Shown: positions 7,686 through 16,314, counted from the first letter of the stretch. The stretch is DNA of 37,037 nt from an uncultured Kiloniellaceae bacterium (GCA_964195725.1 CAXMSR010000001.1:1-37037), one strand, 5' to 3'. Notes: generated by a model not told the origin, from the sequence alone. Numbers and translations are program-made.

Positions 7686-8356
7686 TAAACCTCTCCGGCG
7701 GCACCCTTGAAGAGCGCGTTTACCGAGGCGGCGGCCACGTTGGAGCCGCCTTTGTTGCCCTTGCAGCTTATCCAGTTGACGTCGGTGCGCTGCATGAGCG
7801 CGTCTTTTGATTCCGCCGCGCCGACAAAACCGACCACTACGCCGATTATAAGCTTGGGCTTGGCGACCCCCTCGTCCATCAGCTCCAGAAGGCGAAAGAG
7901 CGCCGTCGGGGCATTACCGAAGGCAAAGACCGCCTCGGGGTCCTGGCGCACTGCGCGCTCGATCGCGACGGCAGAGCGGGTCATCTCGCGCTCGCGCGCC
8001 TCACTGACCACTTCGGGGTCGTTAAGGCGGCACTGCACCTCGCAGCCAAAGCTGGCCGCGCGCACCTTGCTTACACCCGCGCGCACCATCTCGACGTCGG
8101 TGAAGATCGTGGCGCCGCCCTTTATCGCCTCGACCCCACGGGCGACGGCGTCGGGGCTCCACATCACCAGCTCGGAAAAGAGCGGGTCGCCGGTGGCGTG
8201 GATGACGCGCTTAACCAGCGCCACCTCGGCGGGGGTCAGCTGCTCCAGGTCTGCCAAATCTGCAATGAGGCGAAAGCTCTCACCCTCTATCTCTTCGGGA
8301 GCCAGCTCGTAGCCCCAGCGGCCCTTGAGGCCACCTTTTGCGTTGTCGTCTGTCAT
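7685..8356 (-). CDS. cbiC: Cobalt-precorrin-8 methylmutase CbiC
   Basis: 223 aa with VKRVIHATGDP, TDVEMV and FGNAPTAL motifs characteristic of CbiC/CobH. Confidence 0.88.
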   Translation of the reverse strand: MTDDNAKGGLKGRWGYELAPEEIEGESFRLIADLADLEQLTPAEVALVKRVIHATGDPLFSELVMWSPDAVARGVEAIKGGATIFTDVEMVRAGVSKVRAASFGCEVQCRLNDPEVVSEAREREMTRSAVAIERAVRQDPEAVFAFGNAPTALFRLLELMDEGVAKPKLIIGVVVGFVGAAESKDALMQRTDVNWISCKGNKGGSNVAAASVNALFKGAAGEV

Positions 8357-8733
8357 GTTTGATCAACCTTTCCTGCTCGCTCGGCCACGATGTCGGCCAT
8401 CAGGGGATGAACACCCAGATGTTCGGCGAGGTTTATTTTAATCTGTGGATATTCGCTGCGAAGTTTAGCCACCAGCTCGGGGATGTCTTCGCGTACATGC
8501 GCCCCCTGATAGAGGAAGAAGGGCACTACTGTAAGCTGTGTAATCCCGCTCGTCGCCAGCTTCGCCACCGTCTCTTCAAGACCGGGGTCGGCCAATTGCA
8601 GGAAGGCGGGCTCTACCCTGACGCCCTCCATGCGCTCGGCGCACCAGCCAGCCACCGTCGTCAGCGGCGCGTTGGCGCTGACCACCCGGCTGCCGTGGCC
8701 AAGCAGGATAACGGCCTTTGCCTTATCGCTCAT
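8353..8733 (-). CDS. cbiX: Sirohydrochlorin cobaltochelatase, short form (CbiX-S)
   Basis: 126 aa with LLGHGSR and VVPFFLYQGAHV motifs. It is the first gene of the cbi operon and overlaps cbiC by 4 nt. Confidence 0.85.
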   Translation of the reverse strand: MSDKAKAVILLGHGSRVVSANAPLTTVAGWCAERMEGVRVEPAFLQLADPGLEETVAKLATSGITQLTVVPFFLYQGAHVREDIPELVAKLRSEYPQIKINLAEHLGVHPLMADIVAERAGKVDQT

Positions 8734-8858
8734 AATCTGTCTTCCATACGTGAGAGTTTAATCGCACTCTTTGAACCTTACAAAGACAATCTCCTGGATG
8801 CCGAAATATCCGGGCAACCTGACTGAACCGGTAAGATTTACACAGGAGGTTTACGGAG

Positions 8859-11800
8859 TCAAGCGCCAGTGTCGGAGGAAGAGTCTTCCGGCGGCTCCGG
8901 GCTGCGCACCAGCGGCATGGTGAAGTAGAAGGAAGCGCCCTCGCCCGGCGAGCTCTCTACCCAGATGTAGCCGCCAAAGCGTTCCACCAGGTCGCGCGAT
9001 ATCGCCAGCCCCAGGCCGGTGCCCAGCGCCTGCTTTTTGCCGGGCTCGCGAAGCTGCTTGTAGCGGTCAAATATCTGTCTGAGCATCGAACGCTCGATGC
9101 CCTCGCCCTCGTCTACCACCGCGAAGAGCGCAAACCCCCCTCTACGCCTCACGCTTATGGTTATGCGGCTCTTTTCAGGAGCGAACTTGGCGGCGTTGCC
9201 CAAAAGATTGGTCAGTATCTGCTGAAAGCGGTCGGTGTTGCACAATACCGGCGGCAGCCCCGGCTCGACCTCGGTCAAGACCTCCACCGCCTTGTCCACC
9301 ACCAGCGGCGCGGTGGCTTCTATGGCGCGCCCCAGAGAGTCGGCGACGTCCACCGGCTCCAGATTAACCTCCAGCTCGCCCGCCTCTATCTTGGAGAGGT
9401 CGAGTAGCTCGTTGATCATCCTTGTCAACCGCTGGGCTTCGTCGTGGATGATCCCGGCGAATTTCTTGCGCCGCACCTCGTCGTCTACGTCGTAGCGCAG
9501 CAGTATCTCGGAAAAGGACTGGATCGAGGTCAGCGGGGTGCGCAATTCGTGGCTGACGGTGGAGAGAAATTCGGATTTTAGCCGGTCGATCTCGCGCAGC
9601 CTGTCGTTGGCCGCCTCTAGCTGTGCGGTGCGCTTTCGCACCTTCTCTTCCATCGACTGGCTGTAGGCGCGCACCTCTTGATAGAGCTCGGCGTTTACCA
9701 CCGCCATCGCCATCTGGTTGGCCAGAGCGCAAAAGAGCGAGACGAATTCGTCGGTAAAGTGTACCGGCCCGTGGGTAGCGTAGGCCATGAGCACGCCGAT
9801 GGGTTTGCGCTCGTGGATCATCGGCGCGTGGATAAACGCCCCTACCGGTATGAGTTTACGGAGCATCTCGAAGTGCGAAGAGGTGGGGGCGTCTTTCACG
9901 TCGCCCACCACCACCGGCTTGCCGTCGAGAAAGGCCCTGCCAAAGAGGGTGTCGCGGCTGGGGATGAGCCGGGTGGCGTCGGCGTACTCTTCGTCAAGCC
10001 CGATGCTGCTGCGCACCGCCAGCCTGCCCCGTGCGTCAAGCAGCCGCACGCCCAGATGGCTGAGGCCGAATTCGCTCTTTATCAACCGCAGGATCAGGTT
10101 CAGAAAGGCATCTACATCCATCGTGGTGGAAAGCGTGCGGGTGGCTTTGTGCAACACCGAGAGCTCGCGCACGCGGCGCTCCAGGTTCTCGCGGCTCTCG
10201 GCGAGGGTACGCGACACCGAGCCGAAGATGTCGAGGATCTCCACCGAGCGGCCCTTGGTCCAGGAGAGATAGCTCTGCACCAGCGCCCTCGCGTTTACCG
10301 CGCCGACTGCGCCGGAGAGCGCGCGTTCGGCGAGATCCACCATCTGCCGCGCCTCGGCGTTGGGCGGCAGCGTCTCCATCACCTCGGCGGCCTTGTCGGC
10401 CCCGATGAAGCGGGTCAGCAACCGCTCTACCTCTTCGCGCCCGACCCATTCCCTCGTCAATGGCGGCTCCGTGGGTTTCTCCACCGGGTCGCTACCCATC
10501 AGGCTTACCAGGATACAGCCGCCCAGGTTAAAAACGAGGCTCCACACCAGGGCGTGGCTCCAGGGGTCGAGCCCCTCCAGCCCCAGAAGCGCTTCGGGGC
10601 GAAGCCAAGAAAGACCCCACGGGCCGTTCTCCAGGATACCGGTGCCCAGCCAGCCCGACCGGGCGAAGCTTGGCAGCATCAGCGTGTAGCCCCACACCAC
10701 GAACCCGGCGCTTAGCCCGGTTATGGCGCCTCTTCGGCGCATGCCGCTCCAGTACCCCCCCAGCCCCACCGCCGGGGCGAACTGAAAGACCGCGCTAAAG
10801 CTCAAGAGCCCGGTGCTCACCAGGGTGTGCGAGTCGCCTATCCAGCGGTAGGAGGCGTAGCCCAGAAAGATTACAAACGCTATCGCGGCCCGCTTTGTTC
10901 CCAGAAGCGGGCCGCTCAGCTCCTTTTCGCCGAAACGCTTGAATACGCTTGGCACGATCAGGTGGTTGTTGATGACGGTGGAGACCGCCACCGACGAGAC
11001 GATGACCATCGAGGTCGCCGCTGAAAAACCGCCGAGAAAGGCGATGAACGCCATCGTGCGGTTACCCTGCTGGAGCGGAATGTTCAAGAGGAAGTAGTCG
11101 GCTCCCCCGCCCACCCCACCGAGCACCCCCACCAGCGCCACGGGTATGACCAGAAGGTTTATCAAAATGAGATAGAGCGGAAAGCCCCAGGCCGCGCGTT
11201 TGACGTGGCTCTCGGTCTGGTTTTCTACAACGATGACGTGAAACTGGCGGGGCAGGAGCACCACCGCCGAGGCGGAGAGGGTACAAAGGGTCAGCCACTC
11301 GCTCACCGAGGAGCCGCCCGGGCCGCCCAGAACAAAGAGCGAGGCGGTGCGCGGGTCGGCCAGCGCCTCGGTCACCACCTGGGTGAGCCCCCCGCCAACT
11401 CCCCAGGTGATGTAGACACCCAGCACGAGAAAGACGATGAGCTTCACCGCGCTCTCAAACGCCACCGCCACCACCAGCCCCTCGTGGCGCTCGGTCGGTG
11501 ATAGTGAGCGCGCGCCAAAGAGCATGGCGAACGCGCTGAGGAACGCCGCCGCCCAGAACCCGACGTCGCCGGTGATGGTGGCGCCCGACTGCCAACCGGT
11601 TATCAACTCGAAGGTGTGGGCGATCGCCTTTAACTGGAGGCCGATGTAGGGGGTCACCCCCAGCACCAACATCAGCGCTGCGATGCGCCCCAGCGCCTGG
11701 CCGTGCCCTTTTTTCGCGCTGCCAAAAAGGACATCGAGAAGATCGGGGATGTTGGTTACGCCATTTTCGCGGCAGTAGGAGATGAGCTTGGACAAGAGCG

Positions 11801-12056
11801 TGGGAGCCATGAGGAAGATGAGGGTCGGCCCGATGTAGATCGCCAGAAAGTCGACACCGCGCGTCGCAGCGCGGCCCACCGAGCCGTAGAAGGTCCACGT
11901 CGTGCAGTAAACGGCGATGGACAGCGTGTAGACCCAGGGGTTGTCGGCGATGGAGACCGAGCGCTTGCGGCGGATCGATTCCGTTACGTGCGCCAGGGCA
12001 AAGAGCCCCGAGACGTAGAGGAGACAGAAAAATGCCGTCCATAAGACCACGACCAC
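8859..12056 (-). CDS. Hybrid transporter-sensor: SLC5/sodium-solute-symporter-like domain + STAC-like linker + GAF + HisKA/HATPase histidine kinase (CbrA/CrbS-type architecture)
   Basis: 1065 aa. About 520 aa of multi-TM SSF-like sequence is followed by a soluble linker and a GAF-like region. Then come STVSHELRTPLTSI (H-box), NLLGNAAKF (N-box), VVDEGEGI (G1) and GTGLGLAISR (G2). The GTG start has an AAGAGG RBS, 4 nt after the stop of the upstream mini-ORF. Confidence 0.85.
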   Translation of the reverse strand: MVVVLWTAFFCLLYVSGLFALAHVTESIRRKRSVSIADNPWVYTLSIAVYCTTWTFYGSVGRAATRGVDFLAIYIGPTLIFLMAPTLLSKLISYCRENGVTNIPDLLDVLFGSAKKGHGQALGRIAALMLVLGVTPYIGLQLKAIAHTFELITGWQSGATITGDVGFWAAAFLSAFAMLFGARSLSPTERHEGLVVAVAFESAVKLIVFLVLGVYITWGVGGGLTQVVTEALADPRTASLFVLGGPGGSSVSEWLTLCTLSASAVVLLPRQFHVIVVENQTESHVKRAAWGFPLYLILINLLVIPVALVGVLGGVGGGADYFLLNIPLQQGNRTMAFIAFLGGFSAATSMVIVSSVAVSTVINNHLIVPSVFKRFGEKELSGPLLGTKRAAIAFVIFLGYASYRWIGDSHTLVSTGLLSFSAVFQFAPAVGLGGYWSGMRRRGAITGLSAGFVVWGYTLMLPSFARSGWLGTGILENGPWGLSWLRPEALLGLEGLDPWSHALVWSLVFNLGGCILVSLMGSDPVEKPTEPPLTREWVGREEVERLLTRFIGADKAAEVMETLPPNAEARQMVDLAERALSGAVGAVNARALVQSYLSWTKGRSVEILDIFGSVSRTLAESRENLERRVRELSVLHKATRTLSTTMDVDAFLNLILRLIKSEFGLSHLGVRLLDARGRLAVRSSIGLDEEYADATRLIPSRDTLFGRAFLDGKPVVVGDVKDAPTSSHFEMLRKLIPVGAFIHAPMIHERKPIGVLMAYATHGPVHFTDEFVSLFCALANQMAMAVVNAELYQEVRAYSQSMEEKVRKRTAQLEAANDRLREIDRLKSEFLSTVSHELRTPLTSIQSFSEILLRYDVDDEVRRKKFAGIIHDEAQRLTRMINELLDLSKIEAGELEVNLEPVDVADSLGRAIEATAPLVVDKAVEVLTEVEPGLPPVLCNTDRFQQILTNLLGNAAKFAPEKSRITISVRRRGGFALFAVVDEGEGIERSMLRQIFDRYKQLREPGKKQALGTGLGLAISRDLVERFGGYIWVESSPGEGASFYFTMPLVRSPEPPEDSSSDTGA

Positions 12057-12060
12057 GCGA

Positions 12061-12246
12061 CTACCTCTTTACGTCGTTGACAAAGGAGAGGGCCACCACA
12101 AACACCCACACCCCGAAGATGTAGAGCGGCACAAGGGGCCAACCACCCACCGTCTCCTGCCGATTGACGGCGACGATCAGCGGAGGCCCGAAGAGCACTA
12201 GCGAGAGCACCGTCAGCGCGGCAGTGCGCTGTGACTTTCTCTTCAT
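12061..12246 (-). CDS. Small two-TM membrane protein, DUF3311-like (typical partner of SSF transporters)
   Basis: 61 aa: a basic N-terminus, two hydrophobic segments, and GGWPLVPLYIFGVWVF between them. GAGAAGG RBS. It is tightly coupled to the SLC5-kinase gene. Confidence 0.6.
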   Translation of the reverse strand: MKRKSQRTAALTVLSLVLFGPPLIVAVNRQETVGGWPLVPLYIFGVWVFVVALSFVNDVKR

Positions 12247-12351
12247 CGGAGGCCTTCTCTATACAGTGACGGTTAAGCGTTCCCACCTTTTCCGGGAGCT
12301 GCGCCGTTATTTAGATAGCTATGCAAACAAACCTGAGCCTGGAAAAAACCC

Positions 12352-15096
12352 TTAGAACCGGGACGACTGCCACTTCAGAAGAAGCATTTTATCACAAAAA
12401 CGCTTTGCATCCGCCAGCGTCGTCACACCCCTGTTTTCAAGTATCGGGATAAGCCTGACCAGTATCTCGGCGGTGGCGACGGCGTCGCCCAAGGAAGTGT
12501 GCCTGCCCACAATTTCAATCCCCATGCGCTCGGCCAGCGCGTCCAGCGAGTGCCCCACCAGGTCGCGGTGCGCGCCGTAGGAGAGAAAGAGGGTGTCCAG
12601 CACCGGGTTGGTCAGCACCGCAAGCTCCATCCCCTCGGTAGAAACCTCCAGCATCTTCATGTCAAAAGCGGCGTTGTGCGCCACCAGCACCGCGCTGCCC
12701 ACCCACTCGTTGAACTGGGGCAGCACCTGCCGGATGGTGGGGGCGTCGGCGACCATCGATTGCTTTATGCCGTGAATCCTGATCGAGGACTCCGGTATGT
12801 GCATCTGTGGGTTCACCAGCGAGTGGAAGGTGTCCACCTTGAGCACCTTGCCGCCGCGCACCCTGACACCCGAGATGCTGATTATGCGGTCGCCCCCTGA
12901 GGGGTTTAGCCCGGTGGTCTCGGTGTCGAAGACGACCATCTCCAGCTCTCTTATGGGGGTGTCGAGCTGTGTTTGCGCCTCGACTCCCGGATGGGCGGCG
13001 AAGATATCGAAGTCGTAGAACTCTACCTGGTTGTCCACCAGCCTCGGCTCTTCGTTGTGGCCAGGCAGCACCGAGGCCTTGGTCATCGCCAGCCGCACCT
13101 CCAGGCCGTCTTCCACCTGCCGGGCCCAGAGCGCGGCGCGGTTGTTGCGCACCACCACCTTTAACGGCACGCTCTCTTCATTGGTCTGCTCCAGGATGAT
13201 CTTGTCGAGCTCCGAGGGGTCGGCGTCTACTCGGCCGGTGAGCTTGTAGGTGAACACCACCGAGTCTTCCTCGACCTCAAGGCGCACCTCCAGGGGAATG
13301 AAGCCGTCGGATTTCTTTATCACCCACCGCAGCACCGCACAAAGCGCGGTGAGCCAGCCAAACGGCTCTACCGCCACCAGCGGCACCGGGGTATCGGGGA
13401 TGTCTACCTTGCCAAAAAGCCCCGGTTCGAGCTTCAGGGAATCTTCCAGCAGCATCTTTGGGTCTACCGGCTGGATGGGCCAGCGGACAAACTGAAAATC
13501 GGGCGAGGTGCGCTCCAGCTCGTCGAGCACTCCAACGGTGCGTTCGGCCTCTTCGGCCAGCGCCTTCATGAACGCCGCCTGACGGTCGGGGTCGAGATCA
13601 CAGCGGCGAGAGAGGATGTCGATCATCGAGCGGATCGTCGATACCGGCCCCTTTAGCTTGGCTGGCAGCTCGCGCAGGACGTGTTCAGCCTCACGTTCGC
13701 GGTTGGCCTCTTCGGTGATGTCGCGCAGCAGCAGCAGGTACCCGGCGCGCTCCCCCTCGGTGTCGGGGATCGCCGAGATGACGCCGCGAAGCAGCCTCGC
13801 CCCCTCTTTGCAGGGAAAGATTATCCGCTCTACCGCTTCTCCGCCCGCGTCCCACGCTTCGCGCACGCGGCGTATGTAGTAGTCGAGCCGCGTGGCGGGC
13901 AATAGCCTGCCCAGCGGCGCGCCGATGCCCGAGACGGGCCCGGTGGAGAGCATCGTCTTTGCACGGGGGTTCATCAAGAGCACCTTGGTCTCTTCGTTTA
14001 TCAGCACCACGGCGTCGCCCATGGTGCGAAGCAGCATCGCAAGGTGGTTGCGCTCGTCTTCGAGGTCGTGGTTTATCCGCACCACGCGCTCTTCGAGCTC
14101 GCCGTAGGAGTTTTGCAACGATTCGGCCATGTGGTTGAACTCGTGCGCCAGCTGCTCCAGTTCGTCGCCGGTGTCCACGCTCAGCCGGTGCCCAAGATTG
14201 ATGCGGGAGATGATCTCGGCGCCGTTCTTGATCGCCAGGATCGGTTTTGTGATGCCCCCGGTCACGCGCCACGCCAGCGCTATTACCGTGCAGATGAGGG
14301 CGAGGAGCAGCAAGAACACCTTGGTGGCGGCGGAGTTGAAATCGCTGAGAACCTGCTCTTCGCCGAGCAGTATCGCTATGCGCCAGTTGCCCGTGAGGTC
14401 CGGGTCGTTTTTACCGATCGGCACCTCGCCGACAAAGAGGGTGTTCTCCCCATCCTCCACGCGCTCCCAGCCGGCCACCCCCCACGCCGCCGTTGAAGGC
14501 ATCGGCTCGACACCGCGCTCTGAGGTGGCCAGGATGCCTGCGGGCGATTGCAGCGTGGCCGCGCTATAGTGGCCAAGCCGGTAGCCCCTCACCCCCTCGA
14601 AGATGAAGTCGGGGGAGAAGTCTACGCGCAGCACCCCCAACACCTCGCCCCGGGGCGAGCTAATGTGGCGGCGGATGATGATGTTGCCGAAGTCTTCGAG
14701 GGTTATCTCCCGCGCGGCGGGCATCGTCCCCTGCTCTCTTTTTTCGATACTTATCGCCATCGCGAGGGGTTGGTGGCGTAGCGCCGAGGCAAAAAGCCCG
14801 GTCGGGTAGGGCTGGCCGTCGAGCAGATGCACCACTACCTCTTGCTCGCCTGCGATGGACAGAGACCACCGGTCCATGCGCGCAAGCTCGCTCTCGACAG
14901 AGCCGCCCAGGTAGGTGGCCTCTTCCACAAGCGAAGTACCGGCCAGCTCGACGACATCTGTGCGGGCGACGTGGTAGAGCGCTATCATCGAGAGGACGAA
15001 GGGCAGGAGGATCAACGCCGCAAAGGTAGCGGTTACGCGCACCTTGAGGCGCTTAAAAAGCGGGATGGTGGTCGTAGTGATGTCGGGGGTGCTCAA
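12352..15096 (-). CDS. Membrane sensor (Cache-like periplasmic domain, HAMP, PAS, degenerate HisKA/HATPase-like core) fused to a C-terminal DEDDh (DnaQ/RNase T-like) 3'-5' exonuclease domain
   Basis: 914 aa. TM segments are near aa 21-43 and 258-278, and a HAMP-like region is at aa 279-333 (DELEQLAHEFNHMAESL). The exonuclease motifs are VVFDTETTGL (Exo I), LVAHNAAFD (Exo II) and GRHTSLGDA (Exo III, H-x4-D). The TTG start overlaps the TGA of the receiver gene (TTGA). Confidence 0.8.
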   Translation of the reverse strand: MSTPDITTTTIPLFKRLKVRVTATFAALILLPFVLSMIALYHVARTDVVELAGTSLVEEATYLGGSVESELARMDRWSLSIAGEQEVVVHLLDGQPYPTGLFASALRHQPLAMAISIEKREQGTMPAAREITLEDFGNIIIRRHISSPRGEVLGVLRVDFSPDFIFEGVRGYRLGHYSAATLQSPAGILATSERGVEPMPSTAAWGVAGWERVEDGENTLFVGEVPIGKNDPDLTGNWRIAILLGEEQVLSDFNSAATKVFLLLLALICTVIALAWRVTGGITKPILAIKNGAEIISRINLGHRLSVDTGDELEQLAHEFNHMAESLQNSYGELEERVVRINHDLEDERNHLAMLLRTMGDAVVLINEETKVLLMNPRAKTMLSTGPVSGIGAPLGRLLPATRLDYYIRRVREAWDAGGEAVERIIFPCKEGARLLRGVISAIPDTEGERAGYLLLLRDITEEANREREAEHVLRELPAKLKGPVSTIRSMIDILSRRCDLDPDRQAAFMKALAEEAERTVGVLDELERTSPDFQFVRWPIQPVDPKMLLEDSLKLEPGLFGKVDIPDTPVPLVAVEPFGWLTALCAVLRWVIKKSDGFIPLEVRLEVEEDSVVFTYKLTGRVDADPSELDKIILEQTNEESVPLKVVVRNNRAALWARQVEDGLEVRLAMTKASVLPGHNEEPRLVDNQVEFYDFDIFAAHPGVEAQTQLDTPIRELEMVVFDTETTGLNPSGGDRIISISGVRVRGGKVLKVDTFHSLVNPQMHIPESSIRIHGIKQSMVADAPTIRQVLPQFNEWVGSAVLVAHNAAFDMKMLEVSTEGMELAVLTNPVLDTLFLSYGAHRDLVGHSLDALAERMGIEIVGRHTSLGDAVATAEILVRLIPILENRGVTTLADAKRFCDKMLLLKWQSSRF

Positions 15097-15458
15097 TTTT
15101 TCAGGAGTGACCGGATGGCTTCAAAGAGCTCGGCGGTCTGGAAGGGTTTGGTCACGTACGCGTCGGCCCCCGTCTCAAGCCCCTTCTTGCGCTCAAGCGA
15201 CTGGCCCTTGGCGGTCAACATCACCACCTTGGGCGCGTCGGGCTGAGCCTTTAAAATACGGCACACCTCGTAGCCGTCTTTTCGGGGCATCGCCACATCC
15301 AGAAGCACCAGATCGGGCTTAAACTCCTCTGCCACCACCAGAGCTTCTTCGCCGTCCGAGGCCGTACGCACCTCGAAATCCTCCTCTTCGAGAATGAATT
15401 CCAGAGAGAGTAAGATGTTTGGCTCGTCATCCACAGCGAGAATCTTGAACTCGGACAT
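15093..15458 (-). CDS. Stand-alone response regulator receiver (CheY-like)
   Basis: 121 aa with DDEP acidic pocket, LVLLDVAMP (phospho-acceptor Asp), MLTAKG and VTKPF. GAAGAGG RBS. Confidence 0.9.
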   Translation of the reverse strand: MSEFKILAVDDEPNILLSLEFILEEEDFEVRTASDGEEALVVAEEFKPDLVLLDVAMPRKDGYEVCRILKAQPDAPKVVMLTAKGQSLERKKGLETGADAYVTKPFQTAELFEAIRSLLKN

Positions 15459-15654
15459 CTAGCAGACCTCTTCGATTCCCCAGGCAAAAAGCGTTCTACA
15501 CATGCAACGACGCTTTCTGCGGGAATTTAATTTACTCAAGCCAACCCTCGTACAGCACTCTATGAAACCACATTTCGCAGTTAATTTCCAGAAAGCAAAC
15601 CACAACCCCCTCCACCGGTTGACACCCATTAAATAATGCCCGTACCATTGGCCC

Positions 15655-16314
15655 ATGCAAACACCGAGCTATTACGACAGACGACGAAAAACACGGCGCA
15701 TCAACCTCTTCACCAAGCCCCGGCTGGCGCTGTGGGCGGCGGCACTGGTAGCGGCAATAGCGCTGGGGTCTGCCATCTCCGAACGGGCTGAGGAGCGCGC
15801 GCTCATGCAGGGCGAAGAGACCTCCCAAAAAGTAGCCGCGCTCTTGGCTGCCGCCAGAACCGAGACGACAGGCGGGCAAGAGAGCGACGAAGCCGAAAAA
15901 CAGGGCCGCAGAAAGAGCGCACGCGCCAACCTGGAAAAAGCCCTGGGGCTCATGCGCGGCAACGACTTACTGGAGAGTCACCCCGCCTACATCGCCGCCT
16001 TGAGTGACCTGGCCGCCGTCATCCTGGCAGAGACCGGCCCAACCGCAAGCGAGCTGCAAGCCGCGATAAAACTCCTCGACGAAGCCTGGGGAAGAGCCAA
16101 CGACAAGATCGGCGGAGAGGTCCAAATCGTAGCCGCCGACAAAAAGCTCCGCGCCCGCATAGCCCGTGACAGGGGGCTAGCCGAGCTTTTGGCCGACAAC
16201 CCCGCAGAAGCACGAAAGTGGTACGAAACCGCGAAAGAGCTGGGGGCGCAAGACAGGGTCATCATTGAGAGGCTGGAGCTGCTGGACAATCTAGAACGGT
16301 GGAACAAGCAGTAA
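15655..16314 (+). CDS. Hypothetical N-terminally anchored, helix-rich protein
   Basis: 219 aa: a basic N-terminus (RRRKTRR), one hydrophobic segment (LALWAAALVAAIALGSA), then an Ala/Glu/Leu-rich sequence. GC3-rich codons. No SD is visible before the ATG. Confidence 0.55.
   Translation: MQTPSYYDRRRKTRRINLFTKPRLALWAAALVAAIALGSAISERAEERALMQGEETSQKVAALLAAARTETTGGQESDEAEKQGRRKSARANLEKALGLMRGNDLLESHPAYIAALSDLAAVILAETGPTASELQAAIKLLDEAWGRANDKIGGEVQIVAADKKLRARIARDRGLAELLADNPAEARKWYETAKELGAQDRVIIERLELLDNLERWNKQ

Noticed and set aside
8818-8824. AGTCAGG (minus strand), which resembles the start of the cobalamin riboswitch B12 box, upstream of cbiX
   Set aside because: The rest of the B12 box (…GAGACCTGCC) does not match. 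The upstream conserved GGGAA, GGTG-AAATCC and GCCACTG elements are absent, and the nearest match, GACACTGG, lies inside the kinase coding tail. Only 125 nt of non-coding sequence is available. An Rfam RF00174 scan is needed to be certain.
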